Source of the DNA: an uncultured Candidatus Peribacteria bacterium
GTDB taxonomy: Bacteria > Patescibacteriota > Gracilibacteria > Peribacterales > Peribacteraceae
Length of the DNA stretch: 29,669 nucleotides
Direction: 5' to 3'
Assembly (NCBI GenBank): GCA_964515125.1
Contig: CAZEUQ010000001.1
Location: 1 to 29,669, forward strand
Below the pieces are notes generated by a model that ran no database searches, was not told the DNA's origin, and saw only the letters and a program-made list of their open reading frames with translations. Shown here in pieces: positions 1 through 8,303 of the stretch. How positions within the stretch are numbered: position 1 is the first letter of the stretch; the number at the start of each line of letters is the position of its first letter. Both the position numbers and the translations under genes were made by a program.

Positions 1-856
<856 letters not shown>

Positions 857-987
857 GATTTTGATTTGGTCATCTTAAAGTGACCGATAGTGTAGATTCC
901 TTATTTTGCGTGGCGAATACCAAACCACGTTTTAAACTCAAATTTATAGAGTTGGACGTTCATATCTCTACTACACGATGCTGTGAA

Positions 988-1033
988 GGAGCGTGTGTGA
1001 GGCTCGTCCCAAGCGGGAAGAGTCACACGCTCC
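988..1033 (-). other. Hairpin in the pre-rRNA leader
   Basis: Perfect 10-bp inverted repeat GGAGCGTGTG (988-997) / CACACGCTCC (1024-1033), enclosing an inner TCCC-aagc-GGGA stem. Confidence 0.6.
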
Positions 1034-1095
1034 CAAGTTTATTTGGTGGAGCGTGAAGCCACGAAAGAATGGAGTGGCGTTCTCACAGCTGGGGT

Positions 1096-1124
1096 ATCTT
1101 AGTGAGCCGAAAAAGCTGCGTCAA
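1096..1124 (-). promoter_or_regulatory. Sigma70 promoter of the rRNA gene
   Basis: TTGACG (1124-1119), a 17-nt spacer and TAAGAT (1101-1096), about 240 nt upstream of the 16S 5' end. Confidence 0.8.
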
Positions 1125-1157
1125 GGGAGGAAAGGGAGATTTTTAGTGGCTCGCTTG

Positions 1158-1177
1158 CCCTGAGCGAAGTCGAAGGG
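1158..1177. repeat. Short REP-like imperfect palindrome CCCTGAGCGAAGTCGAAGGG
   Basis: CCCT...AGGG ends. It resembles a dispersed intergenic motif I recall from other bacteria; there is one copy in this window. Confidence 0.35.
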
Positions 1178-1255
1178 TGGTGTATAATGCTCGGCCGAGG
1201 AAACTTCTTCTTCGGAAACTCTGCTCTCTTCCCATCATCGGAGGATGCGATCGTG

Positions 1256-1516
1256 ATGGCACTCTTTTTTGAGACACTCGGGTGGATCGGCACCATGACC
1301 TTGATTGTTGCCTACGTTCTTCTTTCCTGGGGAAAGGTTCTGGGCACAAGATTGTCCTATCAGTTCATGCAACTGTTCGGGGCGGTCTGCCTGGGATCAT
1401 CTGGGTTCTACAAAGGCTTTTTCCAAGCTCCAGTTCTAGAGATTTTCTGGTTCATCATCGGGTGTTTTGCAATTCGAAGGATCCTCAACAAAAGAAAAGA
1501 GCCCGGGCCCCGCTAA
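1256..1516 (+). CDS. Small membrane protein, CBU_0592-like (about 3 TM)
   Basis: Hydrophobic ORF with the pattern LGWIG..LIVAYVLLS..YQFMQLFGA..LEIFW. The start was moved from 1187, which overlaps TATAAT at 1183-1188, to ATG 1256 or GTG 1253, downstream of GGAGG at 1240-1244. Confidence 0.7.
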   Translation: MALFFETLGWIGTMTLIVAYVLLSWGKVLGTRLSYQFMQLFGAVCLGSSGFYKGFFQAPVLEIFWFIIGCFAIRRILNKRKEPGPR

Positions 1517-1530
1517 CGCGGGGCTTTTTT
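1507..1530 (+). terminator. Intrinsic terminator
   Basis: GCCCCGC-taac-GCGGGGC followed by T6; the upstream stop codon lies in the loop. Confidence 0.85.
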
Positions 1531-1531
1531 C

Positions 1532-1560
1532 TTGACTCCCCAAAATCCTCACGTTAGAGT
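1532..1560 (+). promoter_or_regulatory. Sigma70 promoter of rpsF-rpsR
   Basis: TTGACT, a 17-nt spacer and TAGAGT. Confidence 0.75.
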
Positions 1561-1624
1561 GCGCTCCCGGTTCGCTCCTCGGCTACGTCTTCGGACTATG
1601 CCGCAGCAGCATCTCCCATGAACT

Positions 1625-2188
1625 ATGCCCACCCTTGTTCCATCATCGGAAGAGACAAAGATCTACGAGCTCTGCGTCATGACGCAGCCGGATTTGATGG
1701 AAAAAGCCGAAGCGCAACTGACAAAGGACATCGATGCGCTTCTTTTGGAAGTAGGCGCAAAGGTTGTCTTTAAAGATAGTTGGGGTAAGCGCGGACTTGC
1801 GTACAAAATTGGCGGACACATGGAAGGAAAGTTCACGGTGTATTACATCGATGCGGATCCCTCCAAAATCCGTGCATTGGATACTGCCCTGCGTTTGGAA
1901 AAAGGAGTGCTACGGCATCTCATCGTTATTCCTCCCAAAGGGTACGAGGCCGTCAGTTATGCCGCCAAGTATGAAGAGTGGTTGAAGAACCGTGAGACCG
2001 TGACCGAAATGCGTGCACGCGAAAAGGCAGAGAAGGTCGAAGAGCGCGTGAAGGCGAAGGCAAAAGTGGAAGCAAAGCGCATGGAGGCAAAGAAGAAAGA
2101 GAAGAAAGCACCCGCACCAAAGATGAGCGCCGGATCCATCGATACCGAACTGGATAAACTTTTGTCCGATTCCGACCTTTCCATCTAA
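1625..2188 (+). CDS. rpsF: 30S ribosomal protein S6 with a long charged C-terminal extension
   Basis: S6 motifs YELCVMTQP, WGKRGLAYKI, G.FTVYY and VLRHLIV; lies directly before rpsR. Confidence 0.95.
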   Translation: MPTLVPSSEETKIYELCVMTQPDLMEKAEAQLTKDIDALLLEVGAKVVFKDSWGKRGLAYKIGGHMEGKFTVYYIDADPSKIRALDTALRLEKGVLRHLIVIPPKGYEAVSYAAKYEEWLKNRETVTEMRAREKAEKVEERVKAKAKVEAKRMEAKKKEKKAPAPKMSAGSIDTELDKLLSDSDLSI

Positions 2189-2190
2189 CC

Positions 2191-2433
2191 ATGGCCAAGA
2201 ACCAAAAACAGCAGCAGCAACAGACTCCGCTTACACAAAAGAAGTGTCCCTTCTGCGGCACCGAAGTGCAGTACTTCGATTATAAGGATTACCCCACGCT
2301 CAAGCCATACATCGACTACTTCGGAAACATCCGCGCGCGGTACTACACGGGCGTGTGCTTAAAGCACCAGAAAATGTTGAAGACAGCAATTGAGCGAGCG
2401 AGGTTTATGGCGATGTTGGCGTACAGGAAATAG
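2191..2433 (+). CDS. rpsR: 30S ribosomal protein S18 (Cys-containing, Zn-type)
   Basis: CPFC..FDYKD..L..YI..FGNI..R.YTGVC.KHQ..L..AIERARFMAML.Y. Confidence 0.97.
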   Translation: MAKNQKQQQQQTPLTQKKCPFCGTEVQYFDYKDYPTLKPYIDYFGNIRARYYTGVCLKHQKMLKTAIERARFMAMLAYRK

Positions 2434-2505
2434 TGAATAGCGATCAGCGGGTAGCGGTTAGCTTTTTTATATTTGCTATACGCTAAACGCTAGCCGCTAC
2501 GCGCT
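2431..2505. repeat. Inverted heptamer array (TAGCGnn / nCGCTA type)
   Basis: tagtgaa-tagcgat-cagcggg-tagcggt-tagc ... gctatac-gctaaac-gctagcc-gctacgc-gct. Confidence 0.75.
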
Positions 2506-2541
2506 TCTTCGATATAATCATCACCTCATACACTCTTTCCT

Positions 2542-3261
2542 ATGTCCGGCCACAGCAAATGGCATAACATCCGGGTCAAAAAAACCGCAAGCGATGCGAA
2601 GCGCGGGAAGATTTACACGCGGCATGCACGGTTGATCGAAATTGCCGCGCGCGCGGGTGGGGATCCTTCGTCTAATACGGCACTCCGAACGGCCATCGAC
2701 AATGCCAAAATGGAAAATGTTCCGAATGAGAACATTGATCGTGCCATCAAGAAGGGAACAGGAGAGTTAAAAGGGGAGCAGATGGCGGAAGTAGTGTACG
2801 AGGCATATGGCCCAGGTGGATCGGCGTTCATCATTGAATGCCTCACAGACAATAAAAACCGAACACTCTCAAATGTGAAGCTCATCCTCACGAAAAACGG
2901 AGGACGGTTTGCGGAAAGTGGGTCGGTCGCGTGGATGTTCGAACGAAAAGGTGTGGTCGTCGCCTCCGGCATTCCTTCGGAGAAGATCGAAGAAGTCGAA
3001 TGGGAACTCATCGATCTGGGTGCCGATGATTTTTCATCGCAAAATGATCATTTTGAAGTCATCACCACGATGTCCAAGTGGGCAGCTGTACGTGATGTGC
3101 TCAAGCAAAAGGGATACACGATCGAATCCGCAGGGCTCCAGTACCTCCCAAAAGATGCACTGACGATCGATGATGCAATGATGGAGCGCGTGGAACAACT
3201 GATCGATGCTCTAGAAGAAGATGATGACGTGAACGAAGTGCACACGAATGTACGTTCGTGA
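2542..3261 (+). CDS. yebC: YebC/PmpR family protein
   Basis: MSGHSKWHNI..K...DAKRGKIYT, YEAYGPGG, TDNKNRT, WMFERKG, LEEDDDVNEVHTN. Confidence 0.97.
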   Translation: MSGHSKWHNIRVKKTASDAKRGKIYTRHARLIEIAARAGGDPSSNTALRTAIDNAKMENVPNENIDRAIKKGTGELKGEQMAEVVYEAYGPGGSAFIIECLTDNKNRTLSNVKLILTKNGGRFAESGSVAWMFERKGVVVASGIPSEKIEEVEWELIDLGADDFSSQNDHFEVITTMSKWAAVRDVLKQKGYTIESAGLQYLPKDALTIDDAMMERVEQLIDALEEDDDVNEVHTNVRS

Positions 3262-3264
3262 TCA

Positions 3265-6171
3265 TTATGGTTGTTCGCGTGCTTTCAGCTCTTCCCCAAA
3301 CGTGAACGAGACGGATTCGTGTGCTTCCGTGAAGTATTCATTCGTCACGCTCACTTTCAGGACATGATTACCTTCCTTTTTCGCATTCCTTGGCATGCGA
3401 ATGCTCACTGTCAGATTCTTCGAGAGAGGATTTTCCTCCGTTCGGATTTTTAAGTCATCCACGAAGAATTCCACTTTGGAAATTTTTGCGAGGGAGCCGA
3501 TATGCACGTCTGCCTGGAATGCGGGGAAGGTCATACTCGCACCCTCCGACGGTGTGAGAATGGAAATGGTAGGGGTCTCACTGCGGCCCGGTGTCTTTGC
3601 AGGGTCACACGATTCCGTCGGCGCGAGAGGGAGGGGAAGAGTTGATCCACTGTGATCGGGAGATGCATTCCATTTCTCCATTTCCTTCTTTGCCCAGCTC
3701 TGTACGGACTGTTCCCAGAGAGGCCAGCGGAGTGGCTGTTCACTGCTTGGCAGAAAGAATGCTTTTTCCTCTACGGCATCTTCCGGGCATGCGGCGGATG
3801 CCAGTAGGTTTGTCACCTTATCCACTTTAAGGAGCTGGCACGCAGGGTCTTCTTTCGTCGGTGGATGATCATCCAGAAACAAGTCCGATCGACGTAGTTC
3901 AACGGGAGTACATGTTGTCGGGAGTTCACCGGAGAGCTTGGAAATTTGTGGCTCGATGAGTCCGTCTGGTCGTGGGAATGGCGCACCTGACGCCTTCAAA
4001 ATCTTGTGTGCGGATATCATGAATTGTTTCCACATCGGGGCAGCGCTGGAGAGGCCATCTGCTTTTGGTGCAAGCGACTGGCTTGTGGCGTTGCCGACCC
4101 ACACACCTGTAACAAGCGTCGGGGAGAAGCCCATCGTCCAGTTACTTTCCGGCCTGCGGTTTGTGCAGCCGCCGTTTTTGTCCCTCTCTAAACACTTGTT
4201 ACTCGTTCCTGTTTTTGCAGCTGCGGTAATACCGGGGACCGTAAGGGTATCTTTCCAGTACTGGTTTGCCGGACGCGCATTGTTATCACTCAATACAGAA
4301 CTGATTTGATAGGCAATGCGTGGGTCTAGCACCTGTTTATCTTTCGCTTCCTTCGCTTGGTACAAAATGTTTCCCTGACGGTCCGTAATTTTGAGGATCG
4401 TCACGGGGGGTCTGTACATTCCTCCATCTGCGAACGTTGCGTAGCCCTGGACCATTTCATAGAGCGGCACTTCGGCAGCACCCAAGGCCAGCGGCCAGCC
4501 GTAGTCAAAGGATGTTCCGCGCTTGGCTTCAATCTCCTCCTTCTGTTTTGATGGCGTCGTTATTCCTATACTTTCGACGAAAGGCAGAATCTGGTCTTCT
4601 CCTCCTGCGAGGAAGAATGTTTTTGCGGCAGGCACATTGCGTGAGTGGGCAAGAGCCGTTCGCATGGACATCAACCCTTCGTACGTTCCGTCGTAGTTGT
4701 CTGGCTGGTCATCACCTATTTTTGTTGGTACGTCATAAATGACGGTTGCAGGATTAAACCCATTCTCAAATGCTTTTGCATAAATGAAGGGCTTAAAACT
4801 GGAACCCGGTTGGCGTGGTGCCATGACCATGTCGATTTTTCCTTCGCTCGTACCGCTCTCGTAATCCACATTCCCGACGTATGCCAGAATTTCCCGTGTC
4901 GTTGGGTTCATGCTGAGAAGTGCGGCATTGTGCGCACCAAAGCGATCCAGTAATTCCTTTTGTTTTCCCTTAATGATCTTCTCCGCCACTTCCTGCAGTC
5001 GCCAGTCGAGTGTTGTCGTCACAGTAAATCCTCCCTGATTCAGGGTCTCTTCATCCACATTATTCAAGAGCGATTGCACCTGATCCCGCACGGCAAGAAC
5101 AAAGTGCGGTGCACGGATATTTTCTCGCGTGCGCGTGAAGACCATCACTTTTAGGTCCGCCAGCGCTTTCACCTTTTCTTTTTCGGTAATCAAATCCAAC
5201 TTTTGCATATTGTCGAGCACCTGGTCCGTGCGTCCCCCCACGTACACAAGATGGGACCCTGTTCCGATGTCCTGCCCGAGGAGGCCGATCGTGACATCAC
5301 GATCCGAAATATCACTGCTTTCGGTAATCTTACCACGCACAATGTCCGCGTAGACATCATCTGTTACGGTTGTGCGAACATGGCTTCCATACGGGCTAAA
5401 GTAGGATGGCCGTTGGGGGAGTGCCGCAAGAACGGCCGACTGTGCGAGGGATAACGCAACGGCACCCGTTCCAAAATACCTATGCGATGCCTGCTCAACA
5501 CCATAGGCATTTTCTCCGTACGGAATCCAGTTTAGGTAGAGTTCTAGTAATTGGTCTTTGTTGTATTTTCGTTCCAGTTCACATGCCAACATATATTCGC
5601 GTACTTTGCGAACAACACTTCGATTACGACCAACAAGCGCATTCCCTGCAAATTGCTGCGTGAGAGTAGATCCTCCGGATCGCACCAAGATGCCTGGTAA
5701 AAATTGGCTCAACACAGCGCGACTAAAACCAATGACATCAAAACATCCGCGGTCTAAAAAGCGTTCGTCTTCAATGGCGATGGTTGCTTTCTTGACGCCA
5801 TTGCTGATGTGGTCAAAAGGGATGTAGGTCCGATCCTGACCGGAAAAAACACGATAGAGCTCCACTCCATTTCTGTCCGCAATAACGGTACTTTGAGACG
5901 CAAAAAGAGTTTTTGGGTCATCAATATTTGGAAGCGTAAACCAAATGATAAGTAAGAAAAGAACGAGCGCCCCTGCACCCCATCCACACGTTTTGAAAAA
6001 GAGGATTTTCCATTCGCGGCGTGTGCGTGGTGTTTTTATCCACCGAATGAGTGCATCCTTCCAGTCACGCCCTTTTGCGAGAAGAGGAGATCTGCGGGAA
6101 GATCTTTTTTCATGGCGAGAACGCCTGTGTCGCTCGCCGAGTTCACGGGTCGAGAATCCAAAATCCTGCAT
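3265..6171 (-). CDS. Class A (bifunctional) penicillin-binding protein, PBP1A-like, with a C-terminal Cys-rich and Ig-like extension
   Basis: Transglycosylase motifs EDERF, GGSTLTQQ and RKVRE; transpeptidase motifs SSFK, SRN and KTGT; N-terminal TM. Start placed at ATG 6171, downstream of the promoter. Confidence 0.93.
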   Translation of the reverse strand: MQDFGFSTRELGERHRRSRHEKRSSRRSPLLAKGRDWKDALIRWIKTPRTRREWKILFFKTCGWGAGALVLFLLIIWFTLPNIDDPKTLFASQSTVIADRNGVELYRVFSGQDRTYIPFDHISNGVKKATIAIEDERFLDRGCFDVIGFSRAVLSQFLPGILVRSGGSTLTQQFAGNALVGRNRSVVRKVREYMLACELERKYNKDQLLELYLNWIPYGENAYGVEQASHRYFGTGAVALSLAQSAVLAALPQRPSYFSPYGSHVRTTVTDDVYADIVRGKITESSDISDRDVTIGLLGQDIGTGSHLVYVGGRTDQVLDNMQKLDLITEKEKVKALADLKVMVFTRTRENIRAPHFVLAVRDQVQSLLNNVDEETLNQGGFTVTTTLDWRLQEVAEKIIKGKQKELLDRFGAHNAALLSMNPTTREILAYVGNVDYESGTSEGKIDMVMAPRQPGSSFKPFIYAKAFENGFNPATVIYDVPTKIGDDQPDNYDGTYEGLMSMRTALAHSRNVPAAKTFFLAGGEDQILPFVESIGITTPSKQKEEIEAKRGTSFDYGWPLALGAAEVPLYEMVQGYATFADGGMYRPPVTILKITDRQGNILYQAKEAKDKQVLDPRIAYQISSVLSDNNARPANQYWKDTLTVPGITAAAKTGTSNKCLERDKNGGCTNRRPESNWTMGFSPTLVTGVWVGNATSQSLAPKADGLSSAAPMWKQFMISAHKILKASGAPFPRPDGLIEPQISKLSGELPTTCTPVELRRSDLFLDDHPPTKEDPACQLLKVDKVTNLLASAACPEDAVEEKAFFLPSSEQPLRWPLWEQSVQSWAKKEMEKWNASPDHSGSTLPLPLAPTESCDPAKTPGRSETPTISILTPSEGASMTFPAFQADVHIGSLAKISKVEFFVDDLKIRTEENPLSKNLTVSIRMPRNAKKEGNHVLKVSVTNEYFTEAHESVSFTFGEELKAREQP

Positions 6172-6180
6172 GAGACACAC

Positions 6181-6209
6181 AGTGTAGTGCCCCGTCCTTC
6201 GGGCTGCAA
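6181..6209 (-). promoter_or_regulatory. Sigma70 promoter of the PBP gene
   Basis: TTGCAG (6209-6204), a 17-nt spacer and TACACT (6186-6181), 9 nt before ATG. Confidence 0.6.
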
Positions 6210-6252
6210 CCGCTGGCGCTTATAGCGTAAAACGCTAAGCTACTCTGCAGAT

Positions 6253-6597
6253 ATGCGGTTTCTCCCTCTTGTGACATCGCTCTTCCTGCTCCTTCCGGAG
6301 CTTGCTTTCGCGGTCAACCCGTCAATGAACAACCATACCGTGACCATTTCCACGGGTGTCAGTTCGTCCATTCCGGCCATTATGAATACGGTGATCATCA
6401 TCATCCATGGTCTCGCCGTATTCATCGTTGTTGCGGTGTTCCTCATCGGTGCGATGTACATGACGGCATCCGGCGGACAGGAGTCCGTACTTACAAAAGG
6501 AAAGACACTCATGAAATCGTCGCTCATCGGGCTCGCCATTATTAGCGGATCCTTTATGATTTTGAGTACCTTCATACGATTTCTTATGGGGAGCTAG
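6253..6597 (+). CDS. TrbC/VirB2-like pilin (CPR type)
   Basis: Signal peptide ending LAFA, then two hydrophobic helices linked by YMTASGGQESVLTKGKTLMKSSLIGLAII, typical of VirB2-like pilins. Confidence 0.75.
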   Translation: MRFLPLVTSLFLLLPELAFAVNPSMNNHTVTISTGVSSSIPAIMNTVIIIIHGLAVFIVVAVFLIGAMYMTASGGQESVLTKGKTLMKSSLIGLAIISGSFMILSTFIRFLMGS

Positions 6598-6637
6598 AAA
6601 ACGCGCTTGACGCAGTGTGCTATACTTACTTTCCTCC

Positions 6638-7222
6638 ATGTCATCATCACTTCATCACGAACGCATTGCCCGCCTTCTTTCGGAGGCGGAAGAATTGAAA
6701 ATGGATGGAAAGAATGGAGAAGCCATCGTCCTTTTGGAATCAGTTCTCTTAGAAGACCCCAATAATGTCCCGGCGCTGGAAGAAGTTGCCGAGAATGAAC
6801 TTGCGCGGGAAGCATATGAGAGGGCTCGTCTTGCGGCACTGCAGGCAGTACAGCTGGATGAGAAGAGCGCCATTGGTCATGCTGTCCTTGGAGAAGTGTG
6901 CATGATCCAAAGGAATTGGGTTTCTGCCTACGATCATCTTAAAATTGCGAATCAACTTCTTCCCAATCATCCGGATACATTGCGCCTTCTTGGATGGGCC
7001 CTTTTCCGCACGGGCAAAACAGTTGAAGGAATTGTCACGCTAGAACGTGCATTGAACCTCGATCCCGATGACTCATTCATCATGTGCGACCTTGCAACGG
7101 CACACTTGGAATCCGGCGATGTTCTGAAGGGAAAACTTCTCTTAGAACGTGCTGCGGATTTGGATCCAACCAATGAGCACATCCGGGAGTGTAAGGATGC
7201 AGCAGAACGCATGATTGCGTAA
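6638..7222 (+). CDS. Tetratricopeptide-repeat protein
   Basis: Consecutive 34-aa repeats (LLEDPNNVPAL, LDEKSAIGH, LLPNHPDTL, LDPDDSFIM, LDPTNEHI); extended -10 TGcTATACT at 6618-6626. Confidence 0.85.
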   Translation: MSSSLHHERIARLLSEAEELKMDGKNGEAIVLLESVLLEDPNNVPALEEVAENELAREAYERARLAALQAVQLDEKSAIGHAVLGEVCMIQRNWVSAYDHLKIANQLLPNHPDTLRLLGWALFRTGKTVEGIVTLERALNLDPDDSFIMCDLATAHLESGDVLKGKLLLERAADLDPTNEHIRECKDAAERMIA

Positions 7223-7314
7223 ATACCAAATAACAAAGGCAAAATGACAAACAATTTTCAATCTATTGAAAATTATTGATTTCTTTTTGTTTGATACTTG
7301 GTAGTTGGCCTTTG
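7221..7314. repeat. Inverted heptamer array (CAAA / TTG type) around a perfect 10-bp hairpin
   Basis: aaatacc-aaataac-aaaggca-aaatgac, core AATTTTCAAT-ct-ATTGAAAATT (7253-7274), then TTG ending at 7293, 7300, 7307 and 7314. Confidence 0.75.
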
Positions 7315-7326
7315 AAACCTTACAAT
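7298..7326 (+). promoter_or_regulatory. Promoter of ftsX-recO, leaderless geometry
   Basis: TTGGTA, a 17-nt spacer and TACAAT; ATG follows after 6 nt. Confidence 0.6.
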
Positions 7327-7332
7327 ATCCCC

Positions 7333-8301
7333 ATGCTCCCCCGTACCCCCGCTCCATCCTCCACTTTTTTTCGTGGCGTTCGGCGCGGTCTTACCAGTGC
7401 TCTGCGTGAGCCAGGATGGGGTGCAAGTATTGGTGCGCTCTTTGGCGTGCTTTTCATCATCCAGGTCCTCATCCTCTTTACGCTTGGTATTCACAGTGCC
7501 ATGTCGCTCCTGCGTGAGCGTACAGATGTACGGTTGGAGATTATCGACGGCGCATCCCTCACCAATATTGCGACCCTGCGTAGTAACTTGGCGAAAGAAC
7601 CATACGTAGAGGATGTTGTCTTTGTAAGCCGTGAAGAGGCATTTGAAAAACAGCGTATTCGTGACCCACAACTCATCGCTTTCCTCGAAAAGTTTGCCAT
7701 TCAAAATCCCTTTCCAGATACCATGGGCGTGCGCCTTAAACACTTGGAAGATTATGGAACACTGCGTCAGTTCCTGAATGATCCTGTGTATCGCGACACG
7801 GTGAATCCCAACTTCCTTTCACAATCAACAGACCAGGAAGACCAGATCCACAAGCTCATTGCTGCGACGCTCGCCATCCGTTCTTTCCTTATTGTCACGG
7901 TTGCGCTTATTACCCTCGTGCTTCTCTTCGTCATCATCGAACTTGTTGGTCGTCGTGCACTGCTACGTAGCGAAGAAATTCTCGTGCAGACACTCGTTGG
8001 GGCAACGCCGCTTACGATCCTCATCCCCTTCTGTATCGAAGTCCTTCTTCTCATGTTCATTGCGCTCCTCCTCGCAGGAGGCTTTCTTGCGGGTGTTTTG
8101 TATGCGATTCCCGCGTTCCTCCCCAGTTTTAGCGCGACGGGACTCTTTGCGCCATGGACACGTATGTTCCAGTACACACTCTTCATGCTGGGTCCTTGGA
8201 TTGCCGCGCTGGAAATCATCCTTCTCCCCGTGCTTGCATTGATTGGTTCCTTCTTCGGACTTTGGACACGGCTGAAAAAACCGACGCTCTCCTCGTTATA
8301 G
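7333..8301 (+). CDS. ftsX: Cell-division permease FtsX family protein
   Basis: TM1, then an extracellular domain (VEDVVFVSREEAFE..NPFPDTMGV), then three TMs with EEI..QTLVGAT..I.IPF..E. Confidence 0.85.
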   Translation: MLPRTPAPSSTFFRGVRRGLTSALREPGWGASIGALFGVLFIIQVLILFTLGIHSAMSLLRERTDVRLEIIDGASLTNIATLRSNLAKEPYVEDVVFVSREEAFEKQRIRDPQLIAFLEKFAIQNPFPDTMGVRLKHLEDYGTLRQFLNDPVYRDTVNPNFLSQSTDQEDQIHKLIAATLAIRSFLIVTVALITLVLLFVIIELVGRRALLRSEEILVQTLVGATPLTILIPFCIEVLLLMFIALLLAGGFLAGVLYAIPAFLPSFSATGLFAPWTRMFQYTLFMLGPWIAALEIILLPVLALIGSFFGLWTRLKKPTLSSL

Positions 8302-8303
8302 TC

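Noticed and set aside
860-890. boxA antiterminator in the rRNA leader (minus strand GTCACTTTAAGAT)
   Set aside because: Only a loose resemblance to TGCTCTTTAACA, and it lies within a small hairpin; not supportable.
2206-2223. CAG/CAA run encoding poly-Gln in the S18 N-terminus as a phase-variable tract
   Set aside because: Five codons, in frame and imperfect; no frameshifting potential.
6211-6242. TAGCGTAAAACGCTA hairpin as a full member of the heptamer family
   Set aside because: It shares TAGCG/CGCTA, but has only 1-2 units per side, too few to show periodicity.
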